The notes below the pieces were generated by a model. The model did not search any database. It saw nothing but the letters and a program-made list of their open reading frames with translations, and was not told the DNA's origin. From contig OZ220691.1 of NCBI GenBank assembly GCA_965116475.1, positions 2,464,001 to 2,528,000 on the forward strand: a stretch of 64,000 nt of DNA, written 5' to 3'. Position numbers and translations under genes: made by a program. The stretch comes from Gemmatimonadota bacterium. GTDB lineage: Bacteria > Gemmatimonadota > Gemmatimonadetes > Palauibacterales > Palauibacteraceae. The number at the start of each line of letters is the position of its first letter. Position 1 is the stretch's first letter. This document shows, one piece after another, positions 1 to 8,332 of the stretch.

Positions 1-2
1 AG

Positions 3-590
3 ATCGGTCTCACCTTCGCCACGACGCTTCGCGCCTTCCTGCGGCAGGACCCCAACATCCTCATGGTAGGCGAGATCCGCGACCGCGAGACGGGCGGCAT
101 CGCCGTGAAGGCGGCGCTCACGGGCCATCTCGTGCTCTCCACGCTCCACACCAATGACGCCGCTTCGACCGCGACGCGACTCGTGGACATGGGGATCGAA
201 GCGTTCAACGTGGCCGTCGCCGTCAAGGTCATCACCGCCCAGCGGCTCGTCGGCCGGATCTGTCCCGACTGCCGGGTCGAGACGAGCTACGCACCCGAGA
301 TCATGAGTTCGGTCGGGCTGGAAGCGGACGGACGCGGCGCGGGCGCCTTCTACCGCGGCGCGGGCTGCGATTCGTGCGACGGGTCGGGGTATTCGGGCCG
401 TCAGGGCCTGTATGAAGTCCTTCCGATGTCTCCCGCGATCCGCCGGCTCGTTCTGGCAGGCGCTTCGTCGGAGGAGATCGAGCGCTGTGCCGTCAAAGAG
501 GGGATGATCACCCTGCGACAGGATGGGTTCGCCAAGGCGAAGAGGGGGATCGCGACGCTCGAAGACGTGCTCAGGGAGACGCCGGCGTAG
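3..590 (+). CDS. pilB: Type IV pilus assembly ATPase PilB, C-terminal part (5' end lies outside the window)
   Basis: Frame open from the window edge: [19 protein letters not shown] (Walker B), [14 protein letters not shown]is box, two CxxC zinc motifs, [10 protein letters not shown]; followed by pilT and pilC. Confidence 0.93.
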   Translation: MGLTFATTLRAFLRQDPNILMVGEIRDRETGGIAVKAALTGHLVLSTLHTNDAASTATRLVDMGIEAFNVAVAVKVITAQRLVGRICPDCRVETSYAPEIMSSVGLEADGRGAGAFYRGAGCDSCDGSGYSGRQGLYEVLPMSPAIRRLVLAGASSEEIERCAVKEGMITLRQDGFAKAKRGIATLEDVLRETPA

Positions 591-600
591 GCCGGGCCGG

Positions 601-1689
601 ATGGACGCACGTGTGGTGGAACTGCTGAGCGAGATGGTCGAACGGGGAGCGTCCGACCTGCACCTTACGGCGGGCGAACGCCCGAAGCTGCGGATCGACG
701 GCAACCTCACGGACAGTCGCGCGGAGAACGCGCTGGATTCGGAGGATACCGAAGCTCTCGGTCTCTCGATGCTGTCGAAGGAACAGCGCGAGCGCTTCGC
801 GGGCGAGCCCGACTTCGATTTCGGCTTCGCGATCCCCGGCCTCTCCCGCTTTCGCGCGAACCTGTTCCGGCAGCGAGGGAGCGTGGCGTGCGCCATCCGC
901 CGCGTGCCGGTCGAAATCCCGAGCCTGCGCGAACTCGGCGTGCCATCGGTCGTCGGCCGGCTGGCGGACAAACCGCGCGGGCTCGTGCTGGTGACGGGGC
1001 CCACCGGCTCGGGCAAGTCGACGACGCTGGCGGCGATGGTGGACCGCATCAACACGGCCCGAGCGGGCCACATCGTGACCATCGAGGATCCGATCGAATT
1101 CGTCCATCCGCACAAACGCTGCATCGTGAACCAGCGCGAGATCGGACAGGACACGCCCGACTTCGCCAGCGCCCTCCGCTACGCCCTGCGCCAGGACCCG
1201 GACGTGATTCTCATTGGCGAGTTGCGGGATCCCGAGACGATTCAGGCCGCGCTCACGGTCGCGGAGACCGGACACCTCGCGCTCGGAACGCTGCATACGC
1301 GTTCGGCGGCGGAGTCCATCCACCGGATCATCGATGCCTTCACGGCCCATCGACAGGAGCAGGTGCGCGCCCAGTTCGCCCACGTCTTCGAGGGCGTCAT
1401 CACCCAGACGCTGCTTCGTCGCGCGCGGGGCGGCGGACGGGTCGTCGCGTGCGAGATTCTGGTCGCGACGCCCGCGGTCCGGGCTCTGATTCGGGAGGCG
1501 AAGGTCCATCAGATCCACTCCGCCATGCAGGCCGCGCGCAGGTTCGGCATGCGGACGCTCAACGATGCGCTCCACCAGCTCTATGTCCGGCGGCAGGTGG
1601 ACTTCGAGGAATGTCTTCGGATCACCTCCGATCCCGCCGAGTTCCGTCGCATGACGAGTACGTCGGCGCCAGACGGGTCCGCCCGATGA
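601..1689 (+). CDS. pilT: Type IV pilus retraction ATPase PilT
   Basis: ASDLHL, Walker A GPTGSGKST, TIEDPIE, ALRQDPDVILIGELRD, AVRALIRE (AIRNLIRE-like); ATG at 601 preferred over 523. Confidence 0.93.
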   Translation: MDARVVELLSEMVERGASDLHLTAGERPKLRIDGNLTDSRAENALDSEDTEALGLSMLSKEQRERFAGEPDFDFGFAIPGLSRFRANLFRQRGSVACAIRRVPVEIPSLRELGVPSVVGRLADKPRGLVLVTGPTGSGKSTTLAAMVDRINTARAGHIVTIEDPIEFVHPHKRCIVNQREIGQDTPDFASALRYALRQDPDVILIGELRDPETIQAALTVAETGHLALGTLHTRSAAESIHRIIDAFTAHRQEQVRAQFAHVFEGVITQTLLRRARGGGRVVACEILVATPAVRALIREAKVHQIHSAMQAARRFGMRTLNDALHQLYVRRQVDFEECLRITSDPAEFRRMTSTSAPDGSAR

Positions 1690-1810
1690 AGGGAATCGAC
1701 GTGAAGGGAATCGACGTGAAGAGAGGGGTAGCGGCCGACCGTCGGCAATGGTGCGGGGTGGATGATGTGGGGGCCGGCGGTCGGTCCACCTCTCTCCCGG
1801 CCGGAAGCCC

Positions 1811-2908
1811 GTGACGTCCGCCGCGGCGAACATCGTCCGGCACGCGAGGCGCCGCATCGTCGCTCCGCCGCCACGGGTGAAGACGCGTGATCTCGTGCTC
1901 TTCACGCGGCAGTTCTCCGTGATGATCAGCGCCGGGTTGCCGCTTACCCGGACGCTGGAGACCCTCGCGCTCCAGGCGGAAAACCCGGCGCTTCGGCAGG
2001 TGGCCCGCGACACGCTTCGCGACGTCGAAGCCGGCAACACGCTCGCCGGCGCGCTCGGGAGGCATCCGCGCATTTTCACGCAGCTCTACGTGAACATGGT
2101 CCATGCGGGCGAATCCGGGAGCCGGTTGGACGGGATTCTCGACCGCCTCGCCACCTTCCTCGAGAAGAGCGAACAGATCCGTCGAAAGGTGAAGGGCGCC
2201 ATGCTCTATCCGGCCGTCGTGCTCGCGGTGGCCATCGCGGTCGTCGCGACGCTCCTCCTCTTCGTGATCCCGACGTTCGAGACCGTCTTCGCGAGTTTCG
2301 ATGCGACGCTCCCTCTCCCGACACGCGTGGTCATCGGTCTTTCGGGGATCGTCCAGAACTGGTGGTGGGCGCTGCTTGCTACGGCGGCGGGCGCGGCCGT
2401 GGTGCTGCGCCGCTGGATCGCCACGGACGCGGGACGACGGCGTTTCGACCGTATCCTGCTGCAACTGCCGGTGCTCGGCACGCTGATTCGGAAGGCCGCC
2501 GTGTCCCGGGTCACGCGGACCCTGGGAACGCTGCTCTCGTCGGGCGTTCCGATTCTCGAAGGACTCGAGATCACCGCGCGGACGGCAGGGAACCGCGTGA
2601 TCGAGGATGCGATACAGGCTAGTCGGGTCGCGATCCGGCGAGGTGACTCCATCGCGCGGCCCCTGCGCGAAACCCGGGCCTTCCCACCCATGGTGGCCCG
2701 AATGATCCATGTCGGAGAAGAGACCGGCGATCTCGATGGGATGCTGGCCCGGATCGCCGACTTCTACGACGACGAAGTCGATGCCGGCGCCGAAAGTCTG
2801 CTGAGGATACTGGAGCCCGTTCTCATCGTGATCCTCGGAGGTCTCGTCGGTGGGATGATCGTCGCCATGTACCTCCCCATTTTCGAACTTATCAACGCGA
2901 TCCAGTAA
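1811..2908 (+). CDS. pilC: Type IV pilus platform protein PilC (GspF family), N-terminally short
   Basis: FTRQFSVMISAGLPL, GESGSRLD, AMLYP, GEETGDLD, LEPVLIV...MYLPIF; two T2SSF repeats. Confidence 0.92.
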   Translation: MTSAAANIVRHARRRIVAPPPRVKTRDLVLFTRQFSVMISAGLPLTRTLETLALQAENPALRQVARDTLRDVEAGNTLAGALGRHPRIFTQLYVNMVHAGESGSRLDGILDRLATFLEKSEQIRRKVKGAMLYPAVVLAVAIAVVATLLLFVIPTFETVFASFDATLPLPTRVVIGLSGIVQNWWWALLATAAGAAVVLRRWIATDAGRRRFDRILLQLPVLGTLIRKAAVSRVTRTLGTLLSSGVPILEGLEITARTAGNRVIEDAIQASRVAIRRGDSIARPLRETRAFPPMVARMIHVGEETGDLDGMLARIADFYDDEVDAGAESLLRILEPVLIVILGGLVGGMIVAMYLPIFELINAIQ

Positions 2909-2978
2909 CGCCCGTTGAATTCGAGGGACACGGATCCGCGCGGCTTGCGGGGTTCCTCCTCGTTCCTCTTCTTGCCGC

Positions 2979-3440
2979 ATGTCCGCGAGCACGAACGACG
3001 AAGACACGATCCGCCCCGAGACCGCTCCCCACGTGCGGGATCTCCTCGGTGAGCCGGTCGACGCGGCCTTCGAGCGGTTCGGACGCGCGGCGGCGGACCG
3101 GCCGTCCGGCGAAGACCGGTGGCTGCGCTTCGAGGCTCCGAACTGGACGTTGCGCCTGCGAGCCAGGCCGAACCGGGTCGGCGGTCCGGCACTCATCCGG
3201 TCGTGGACGGCCGCTTTCGCGGAGGGGTTCCCCACCGTGCCGGAGGCGCTGCGCGCGCTGGGGTTGCCGTCTCCAGAACCGTCGCCCCGGACGGAGAGTA
3301 TTCGTCTCCCGCTGCGTGACGGCGCCGGGCGGGTGCATTCGCTGACCCTGTCGGCGCGGCACGGTCGAATCCGCGCCGCTACGGGTTTCGATGAACCGCC
3401 GGACTGGGACGTTGAGACTCCGTTGCTGGACCATGCCTAA
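2979..3440 (+). CDS. Hypothetical protein
   Basis: 153-aa ORF filling the gap between pilC and the pilin on the same strand; no recognised motif and weak RBS. Confidence 0.55.
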   Translation: MSASTNDEDTIRPETAPHVRDLLGEPVDAAFERFGRAAADRPSGEDRWLRFEAPNWTLRLRARPNRVGGPALIRSWTAAFAEGFPTVPEALRALGLPSPEPSPRTESIRLPLRDGAGRVHSLTLSARHGRIRAATGFDEPPDWDVETPLLDHA

Positions 3441-3548
3441 ATATGGGGTAACCGTCCGCGGTGGCCGGCGCCCCGCCGGAGCCGCGGCCCGGGCAGCCCC
3501 ACGGGAGGGGCTGCCGAAGATCCAACCCGGGCGGAAGTGAGGAGAGGG

Positions 3549-3974
3549 ATGAGAAGAACGACGAGGAGTGGCGCCGAGGGGTTCACGCTGATCGAACTGC
3601 TGATCGTGGTGGTCATCATCGGCATTCTCGCGGCCATCGCGATTCCGCAGTTCACGAGCACGAAGGAAAAAGCGTTCGATGCCGCCGCGCAGAGCGACAT
3701 TCGCAACATGATGACGGCGGAGGAAGCGCACTTCTTCAACAACCAGGCGTATGCCGCGGTCAGCGTGGCCGCCGGTGGCGAGGCGGACCTCGACGGCGAC
3801 GGGACCCCAGACTTCCAGGCCAGCACGAACATCGCGCTTGCAGTGACGGCCTATACCGACGGCTACCAGATCACGGCGAAGCACGCATCCTCGCCGAACA
3901 CCTGGTGCGTCAATTCGTCGTCCGGGAACGCCGCGGGCGCCGTCGGGCAGATCATCGAGGCCACCAGTTGCTAG
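3549..3974 (+). CDS. pilA: Type IV major pilin
   Basis: Prepilin site G|FTLIELLIVVVIIGILAAIAIP, strong RBS GAGGAGAGGG before ATG 3549, C-terminal Cys pair. Confidence 0.88.
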   Translation: MRRTTRSGAEGFTLIELLIVVVIIGILAAIAIPQFTSTKEKAFDAAAQSDIRNMMTAEEAHFFNNQAYAAVSVAAGGEADLDGDGTPDFQASTNIALAVTAYTDGYQITAKHASSPNTWCVNSSSGNAAGAVGQIIEATSC

Positions 3975-4063
3975 CGGCCCGCCGGTCGTTGATGCGCCGT
4001 TGACGCGACGGGCGATGCTTACGGTGAGAATCGGAAACACTCATTCGAGGAAGGGAGCACCCC

Positions 4064-4531
4064 GTGCAGCACAGCGGATCACCCGGGTCGCATGGATCGC
4101 GAACGGGGCGGAGCGGGTTCAGTCTGGTGGAGGTCGCGGTCGCGCTGGCCATCACGGGGTTGGCTGCGACCTTCATCATCTCGCGCCAGCCCCTCGACCG
4201 TTTCAGTCTGACGCGAGCCGCGCGGGTGGCGGAGTCGCAGCTCACGCTGGCCCGCCTCCACGCCGTGGCAACCCACGCGCCGACGACGGTGACGCTCACG
4301 GGAACCCGGCTCGAAGTGTCGCGCCGCGGAGGGTCGTTGCTGTCTCGCGTCGATCTGGGGGGGCGCGCCCTCGGCCGGCTCGACTCGGTGCGGCTGCGGC
4401 CCTCCACGCTCCGGTTCAACGCCCGGGGTCACGGGTCCCCCGGTAACCTCTACCTGTATCGCGGAGAGCGCGGCATTCGGCTCGTGTCGAATTTCGTGGG
4501 CCGGGTTCGGGCGGAACCGTTGCCGAATTGA
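4064..4531 (+). CDS. Minor pilin, FimT/FimU/GspH-like
   Basis: G|FSLVEVAVALAI prepilin motif; LARLHAV and LRFNARG...GRVR motifs typical of FimT/GspH. Confidence 0.8.
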   Translation: MQHSGSPGSHGSRTGRSGFSLVEVAVALAITGLAATFIISRQPLDRFSLTRAARVAESQLTLARLHAVATHAPTTVTLTGTRLEVSRRGGSLLSRVDLGGRALGRLDSVRLRPSTLRFNARGHGSPGNLYLYRGERGIRLVSNFVGRVRAEPLPN

Positions 4532-4896
4532 AGACCACCGGCTTCAGTCTGGTCGAGGTCCTGCTGGCCATCGTCGTGACGTCCGTCGGGGTCCTTGGAG
4601 CCGCGGGCGTGGTGCTTGGGATCGGTTCCCAGGCGCTCCGGGCGGAGCGGGACACGGAGCATGCGCTCGCGGGTCGAAACGCCACGGAGTCGCTTGTCCG
4701 GGCCGGACATGCGGTCGCAACGTCGCACACGAGTACCGTCGATATCGGTGAACATCGATTCGACATCCGGCACGACGTGACCGAGTCCTCGCCACGGCTA
4801 AGACACGCCCGCGTGACCGTGTCCGTGCCGTCGGTCCCGGCGGCGGAATTCGAGATCGTGCTCGTGCGGCCCCGCCCGCTCCCCGCCGCGCCATGA
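4528..4896 (+). CDS. Minor pilin, PilV-like
   Basis: G|FSLVEVLLAIVVTSVGVLG prepilin motif; 4-bp overlaps with both neighbours. Confidence 0.8.
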   Translation: MKTTGFSLVEVLLAIVVTSVGVLGAAGVVLGIGSQALRAERDTEHALAGRNATESLVRAGHAVATSHTSTVDIGEHRFDIRHDVTESSPRLRHARVTVSVPSVPAAEFEIVLVRPRPLPAAP

Positions 4897-5738
4897 CCGT
4901 TCCACGACGCCTCGTGCCCGCCGGAGCCCGCCGGCAGAGCGGGTTCACGCTGCCCGAGATGCTCGTCGCGCTCACAAGCGCGGGTCTGCTCATCGGCCTG
5001 CTCATTGGGCTGCTGGCGAGTCAAAGCGCCTTTCATCTGCGAAACGAGGACGCCATCCAGGCCTTGCAGATTACGCGCGCCCTTTCCGATGGACCGGGAG
5101 CGGAGATCCGCGGCGCCGGGCCGAGCGATCTGCTCCTTGCGACGCCCGACACGGTGTCCATCCGCGTCGACGTGTTGACGGCCGTCGTATGCGACACGGC
5201 GAGCGGTTCGATCGATCTCTTCGTCTACGATTCCATCGCCGCGAACCCTCAACCCGGGTGGCGCGGTACGGCGATTTCCGGGCCGTACTCGGCGACCTGG
5301 ATCTACGCGGACGGATTCACGCCCGTGTCCGGTGTCTCGGCGGCGGCGGAGACCGGTTGCCGGGCAGCCGGAGCGGATCGTGCGAATCGCATGCCGACCC
5401 GGTGGTTCCGCCGCACGAGCGGCTGGAGCGGCGGTTTCGCCGCGATGCCCGTGCCCGGCTCGCTCGCTCGCCTCTATGGGCGGCTCACCTACGCCATCCA
5501 CCGATCCGATTCCGAGCCGGGGACCGTGTCCATCCGGCGTAACGGCCAGGCGTTCGTGTCTCCGCTCGAGCCCGGAACGGCGTTCGAGTATCGGTTGTCG
5601 GGCGGCGCGATCCAGGCCCGCGTGGCGCCCGGGGATCTTTCCCGCGTGCGCGAAGTCCGGCTGACCGGCACGGCCATCGGCCGAAACGGCCGCGCCACGG
5701 GTCGGCGCGTCGTCTACGCGCTGTCGCTCCGCAACTGA
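4893..5738 (+). CDS. Minor pilin, PilW-like
   Basis: G|FTLPEMLVAL prepilin motif; C-terminal ...SLRN typical of PilW/GspJ. Confidence 0.8.
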   Translation: MTVPRRLVPAGARRQSGFTLPEMLVALTSAGLLIGLLIGLLASQSAFHLRNEDAIQALQITRALSDGPGAEIRGAGPSDLLLATPDTVSIRVDVLTAVVCDTASGSIDLFVYDSIAANPQPGWRGTAISGPYSATWIYADGFTPVSGVSAAAETGCRAAGADRANRMPTRWFRRTSGWSGGFAAMPVPGSLARLYGRLTYAIHRSDSEPGTVSIRRNGQAFVSPLEPGTAFEYRLSGGAIQARVAPGDLSRVREVRLTGTAIGRNGRATGRRVVYALSLRN

Positions 5739-5741
5739 GAC

Positions 5742-6701
5742 ATGATGGGATTCGGATTGCGGCGCCGGAAGGCGACCGTCGGCGTCGATATCGGCAGCGG
5801 CTTCAGCAAGGCCGCGGTGATCGAACACGGCGAAAGCGGGCCGCGCCTGACAGCGCTCGCGATCGCGCCGAACGAGGCGGACGCCGTGCGCGGCGGGACG
5901 ATCCGGGACCCGGAGCGTGTCGCCGACACGCTTTCCTCGATGTTCAGGCGGGAGCGAATCAAGCCCCGCGATGTCGTGATCGGCATCGGCGGGCGCGACG
6001 TCCTGAGCAAGGTGATCGAAATCGACCGCATGGAGGAAGTGGAGGCCCGCGCCGTGATGCCGTGGGAAGCTGAGCAGCACGTCCCCTTCGATATGAAGAA
6101 CGTGGAACTGGACTTCGCGATCATCGATCCGAACGGCGAAGGCTCGACGATGACCGTGTTGCTCGCGGCGGCGAAGCGAGATGTCGTCGAGACGAGGGTC
6201 GCGCTCCTGCGGCGGGCGGACTTGAACGCCACAACGGTCGATGTTGAAGCTCTGGCCCTTCGCAACGCGTTCGAGGCGAACCATCCGACGGCCATGAAGG
6301 ATGTGACCGTGCTCGTCGACATCGGGACGCATGCGACCGCCCTGCACCTGCTCAGGAACGGCCTGCCCCTGCTGACCCGCGAACTGGCCACCGGCGTTCC
6401 GGCGTCGGATGACCTTGATGAGTTCGTCCGCCGGATCGCACGGGGCATCAACCGCGCGGGAGCGTTCGTGGAGACGGGACCGGGGATTGCACGCGTATAC
6501 CTGTGTGGGGGAGGGGCCACGGCGTCCGGGCTGGTCGAGGTTCTCGCGGAAACAACCGGCGTCGAGACGCGCCTCGCGAGTGCGTTCGAACGCATCGAGG
6601 TCGCGCACGACGTTGCGGACCGGACAGATCTGGACTCGGTGGCGCCGCTGCTAATGCTCTCGGTCGGGCTGGCCCTTCGGCCGCCGGTCCGGGGCCGCTG
6701 A
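5742..6701 (+). CDS. pilM: Type IV pilus alignment protein PilM (actin-like)
   Basis: VGVDIGS, WEAEQHVPFD, VLLAAAK, VDVEALAL, LVDIG, YLCGGGA, VGLALR. Confidence 0.92.
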   Translation: MMGFGLRRRKATVGVDIGSGFSKAAVIEHGESGPRLTALAIAPNEADAVRGGTIRDPERVADTLSSMFRRERIKPRDVVIGIGGRDVLSKVIEIDRMEEVEARAVMPWEAEQHVPFDMKNVELDFAIIDPNGEGSTMTVLLAAAKRDVVETRVALLRRADLNATTVDVEALALRNAFEANHPTAMKDVTVLVDIGTHATALHLLRNGLPLLTRELATGVPASDDLDEFVRRIARGINRAGAFVETGPGIARVYLCGGGATASGLVEVLAETTGVETRLASAFERIEVAHDVADRTDLDSVAPLLMLSVGLALRPPVRGR

Positions 6702-6723
6702 GCGTGGGAGCGAGGGTACGGCA

Positions 6724-7344
6724 TTGATCGAGATCAACCTCCTGCCCGGATCTCTGCGCGCGCGGCAAGGGTTCGCGATCGACGGAAACGCCGAGGGCGG
6801 GCGCCGCATCGACGTGTGGGGTATCGCACTGCTGATTTCGGCGTTGACGATACCGCCGGGCGCGGCCGCGCTGTGGTGGTCGCAACGGACGGAATCGCTA
6901 GCACTCGGGGTGCGGCTTGAAGCGGTCGTGGCGGACTCGGCGCGGCTCGCCGAGCTCCGGGCCGCGAGCGACAGCTTGGCGGAAAGGTCTCGCGAGATTC
7001 GAGAGCGCGTCGCCCTGGTCGAACAACTGGACCGCGACCGGTTCGCGTGGCCGCACCTGATGGACGAAATCAGCCGCGCCCTCCCGCCCCCGGCCTGGCT
7101 GACTTCCCTTCGTCAACTTTCGCCTCCACCCGACCTTTCGGTCGAACTCGAGGGGGTTGCGGGCAATCCGCTCGCGATCACGGAGTTCGTCCGTGACCTG
7201 GGGACCTCGGACTATATCGCCGACGTGAAGATCGTCGGCAGCCAGCAGCAGGCATCCGATCCGGATCAGGTCTCCCGGCAGGCCTTCACCCTCGTGCTTC
7301 GGTTTGCCCACGCGTCCGCCGCGTGGCGGGTCGAACCCTCGTGA
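6724..7344 (+). CDS. pilN: PilN
   Basis: N-terminal IEINLLP motif, one TM helix, coiled coil, WPHLMDEIS...WLTSL. Confidence 0.9.
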   Translation: MIEINLLPGSLRARQGFAIDGNAEGGRRIDVWGIALLISALTIPPGAAALWWSQRTESLALGVRLEAVVADSARLAELRAASDSLAERSREIRERVALVEQLDRDRFAWPHLMDEISRALPPPAWLTSLRQLSPPPDLSVELEGVAGNPLAITEFVRDLGTSDYIADVKIVGSQQQASDPDQVSRQAFTLVLRFAHASAAWRVEPS

Positions 7345-7931
7345 CCGTGCTGCCCCGGGATCCGCGCTCCCGGTACCGGATGCTCGCGTTCATACTCCTG
7401 CTGGGCTGCGGTACGGTCTTCCATCTGCGCTTCTGGAACCCCCGCCGGGTGGAGTTGGCCGAGTTGGCGGAGCGGGTTGAGCGGGCCGAACGCACCCACG
7501 CCCTCGCCGAGCTCGGCGAGGGCAACCTGGATGCGGTGCGCGAGGATCTCGTGCTCGGCGAACGACAACTCGGGGTGTTGAAGCGGCTTATTCCGCGAGA
7601 GGGGGAAGTCGAGGCCATCTATGAAGCCATCGCGGCCGAAACGCAGTCGCTCGGTCTCGAACTCGTCCACGCCTTGCCCGCCGATCCCGTGGCCGACTCC
7701 ACCGGGTACTTCGTGCGGCAACGGTGGGCGCTTCAGATCGAGGGAGCATACCACGATGTTGGGACGCTCCTGACGCGAATCGCCGGCTTCGCCCGCCTCG
7801 TCCGACCCGAGGTCGAGGAGATCGTACCCTCCCGGATCGCCGATTCGGGACGGCAACTCGTTCACGCCCGCTTCAGCCTCGAGACGTTCGTGCTTCCGCC
7901 CGAGGACAGCGCTTCGCCGGAGGAAAGATGA
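7341..7931 (+). CDS. pilO: PilO
   Basis: TM plus coiled coil, LIPREGEV, IEGAYHDVGTLL; GTG overlaps the pilN stop. Confidence 0.87.
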   Translation: MTVLPRDPRSRYRMLAFILLLGCGTVFHLRFWNPRRVELAELAERVERAERTHALAELGEGNLDAVREDLVLGERQLGVLKRLIPREGEVEAIYEAIAAETQSLGLELVHALPADPVADSTGYFVRQRWALQIEGAYHDVGTLLTRIAGFARLVRPEVEEIVPSRIADSGRQLVHARFSLETFVLPPEDSASPEER

Positions 7932-8332
7932 ACCGCCTGATCATCATCGTAGTGCTCGCCGCGACGTTCCAGGCCGAGCCATGGGACGTCGCGGCACAGA
8001 CGCGGCGGCCGATCTACGAGCGGGAGGTCTTCACCTACCCCGCCTTCGACCGACGCGACCCGTTCCAGCCGCTTCACCTCGACACGGGGGCGGGGCCGCG
8101 TTTCGGCGACCTTACGCTGGTCGGCGTGCTGTACACCCCCCAATCCGGAAGCGTGGCGATCCTGACCGATCGAGCGACCGGCCGGCGATACCGTGCCCGC
8201 GAACGTGACGACGTCGGCGCCGCCCGCATCGTACAGATTCGCACGGACGAGGTGGATTTCGTGATCACGAGCTTCGGGGTCAGCCGTCGGGAGACGCTGC
8301 GGGTGCGGCGCGACCGGGGGCCAGGAGCATGA
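7928..8332 (+). CDS. pilP: PilP-like protein
   Basis: RRDPFQPL motif, LTLVGVLY, position between pilO and pilQ; ATG 7928 overlaps the pilO stop. Confidence 0.75.
   Translation: MNRLIIIVVLAATFQAEPWDVAAQTRRPIYEREVFTYPAFDRRDPFQPLHLDTGAGPRFGDLTLVGVLYTPQSGSVAILTDRATGRRYRARERDDVGAARIVQIRTDEVDFVITSFGVSRRETLRVRRDRGPGA

Noticed and set aside
4028..4062. c-di-GMP-I riboswitch before the minor pilins
   Set aside because: Only vague similarity; no GNRA-tetraloop hairpin or second stem of the GEMM motif
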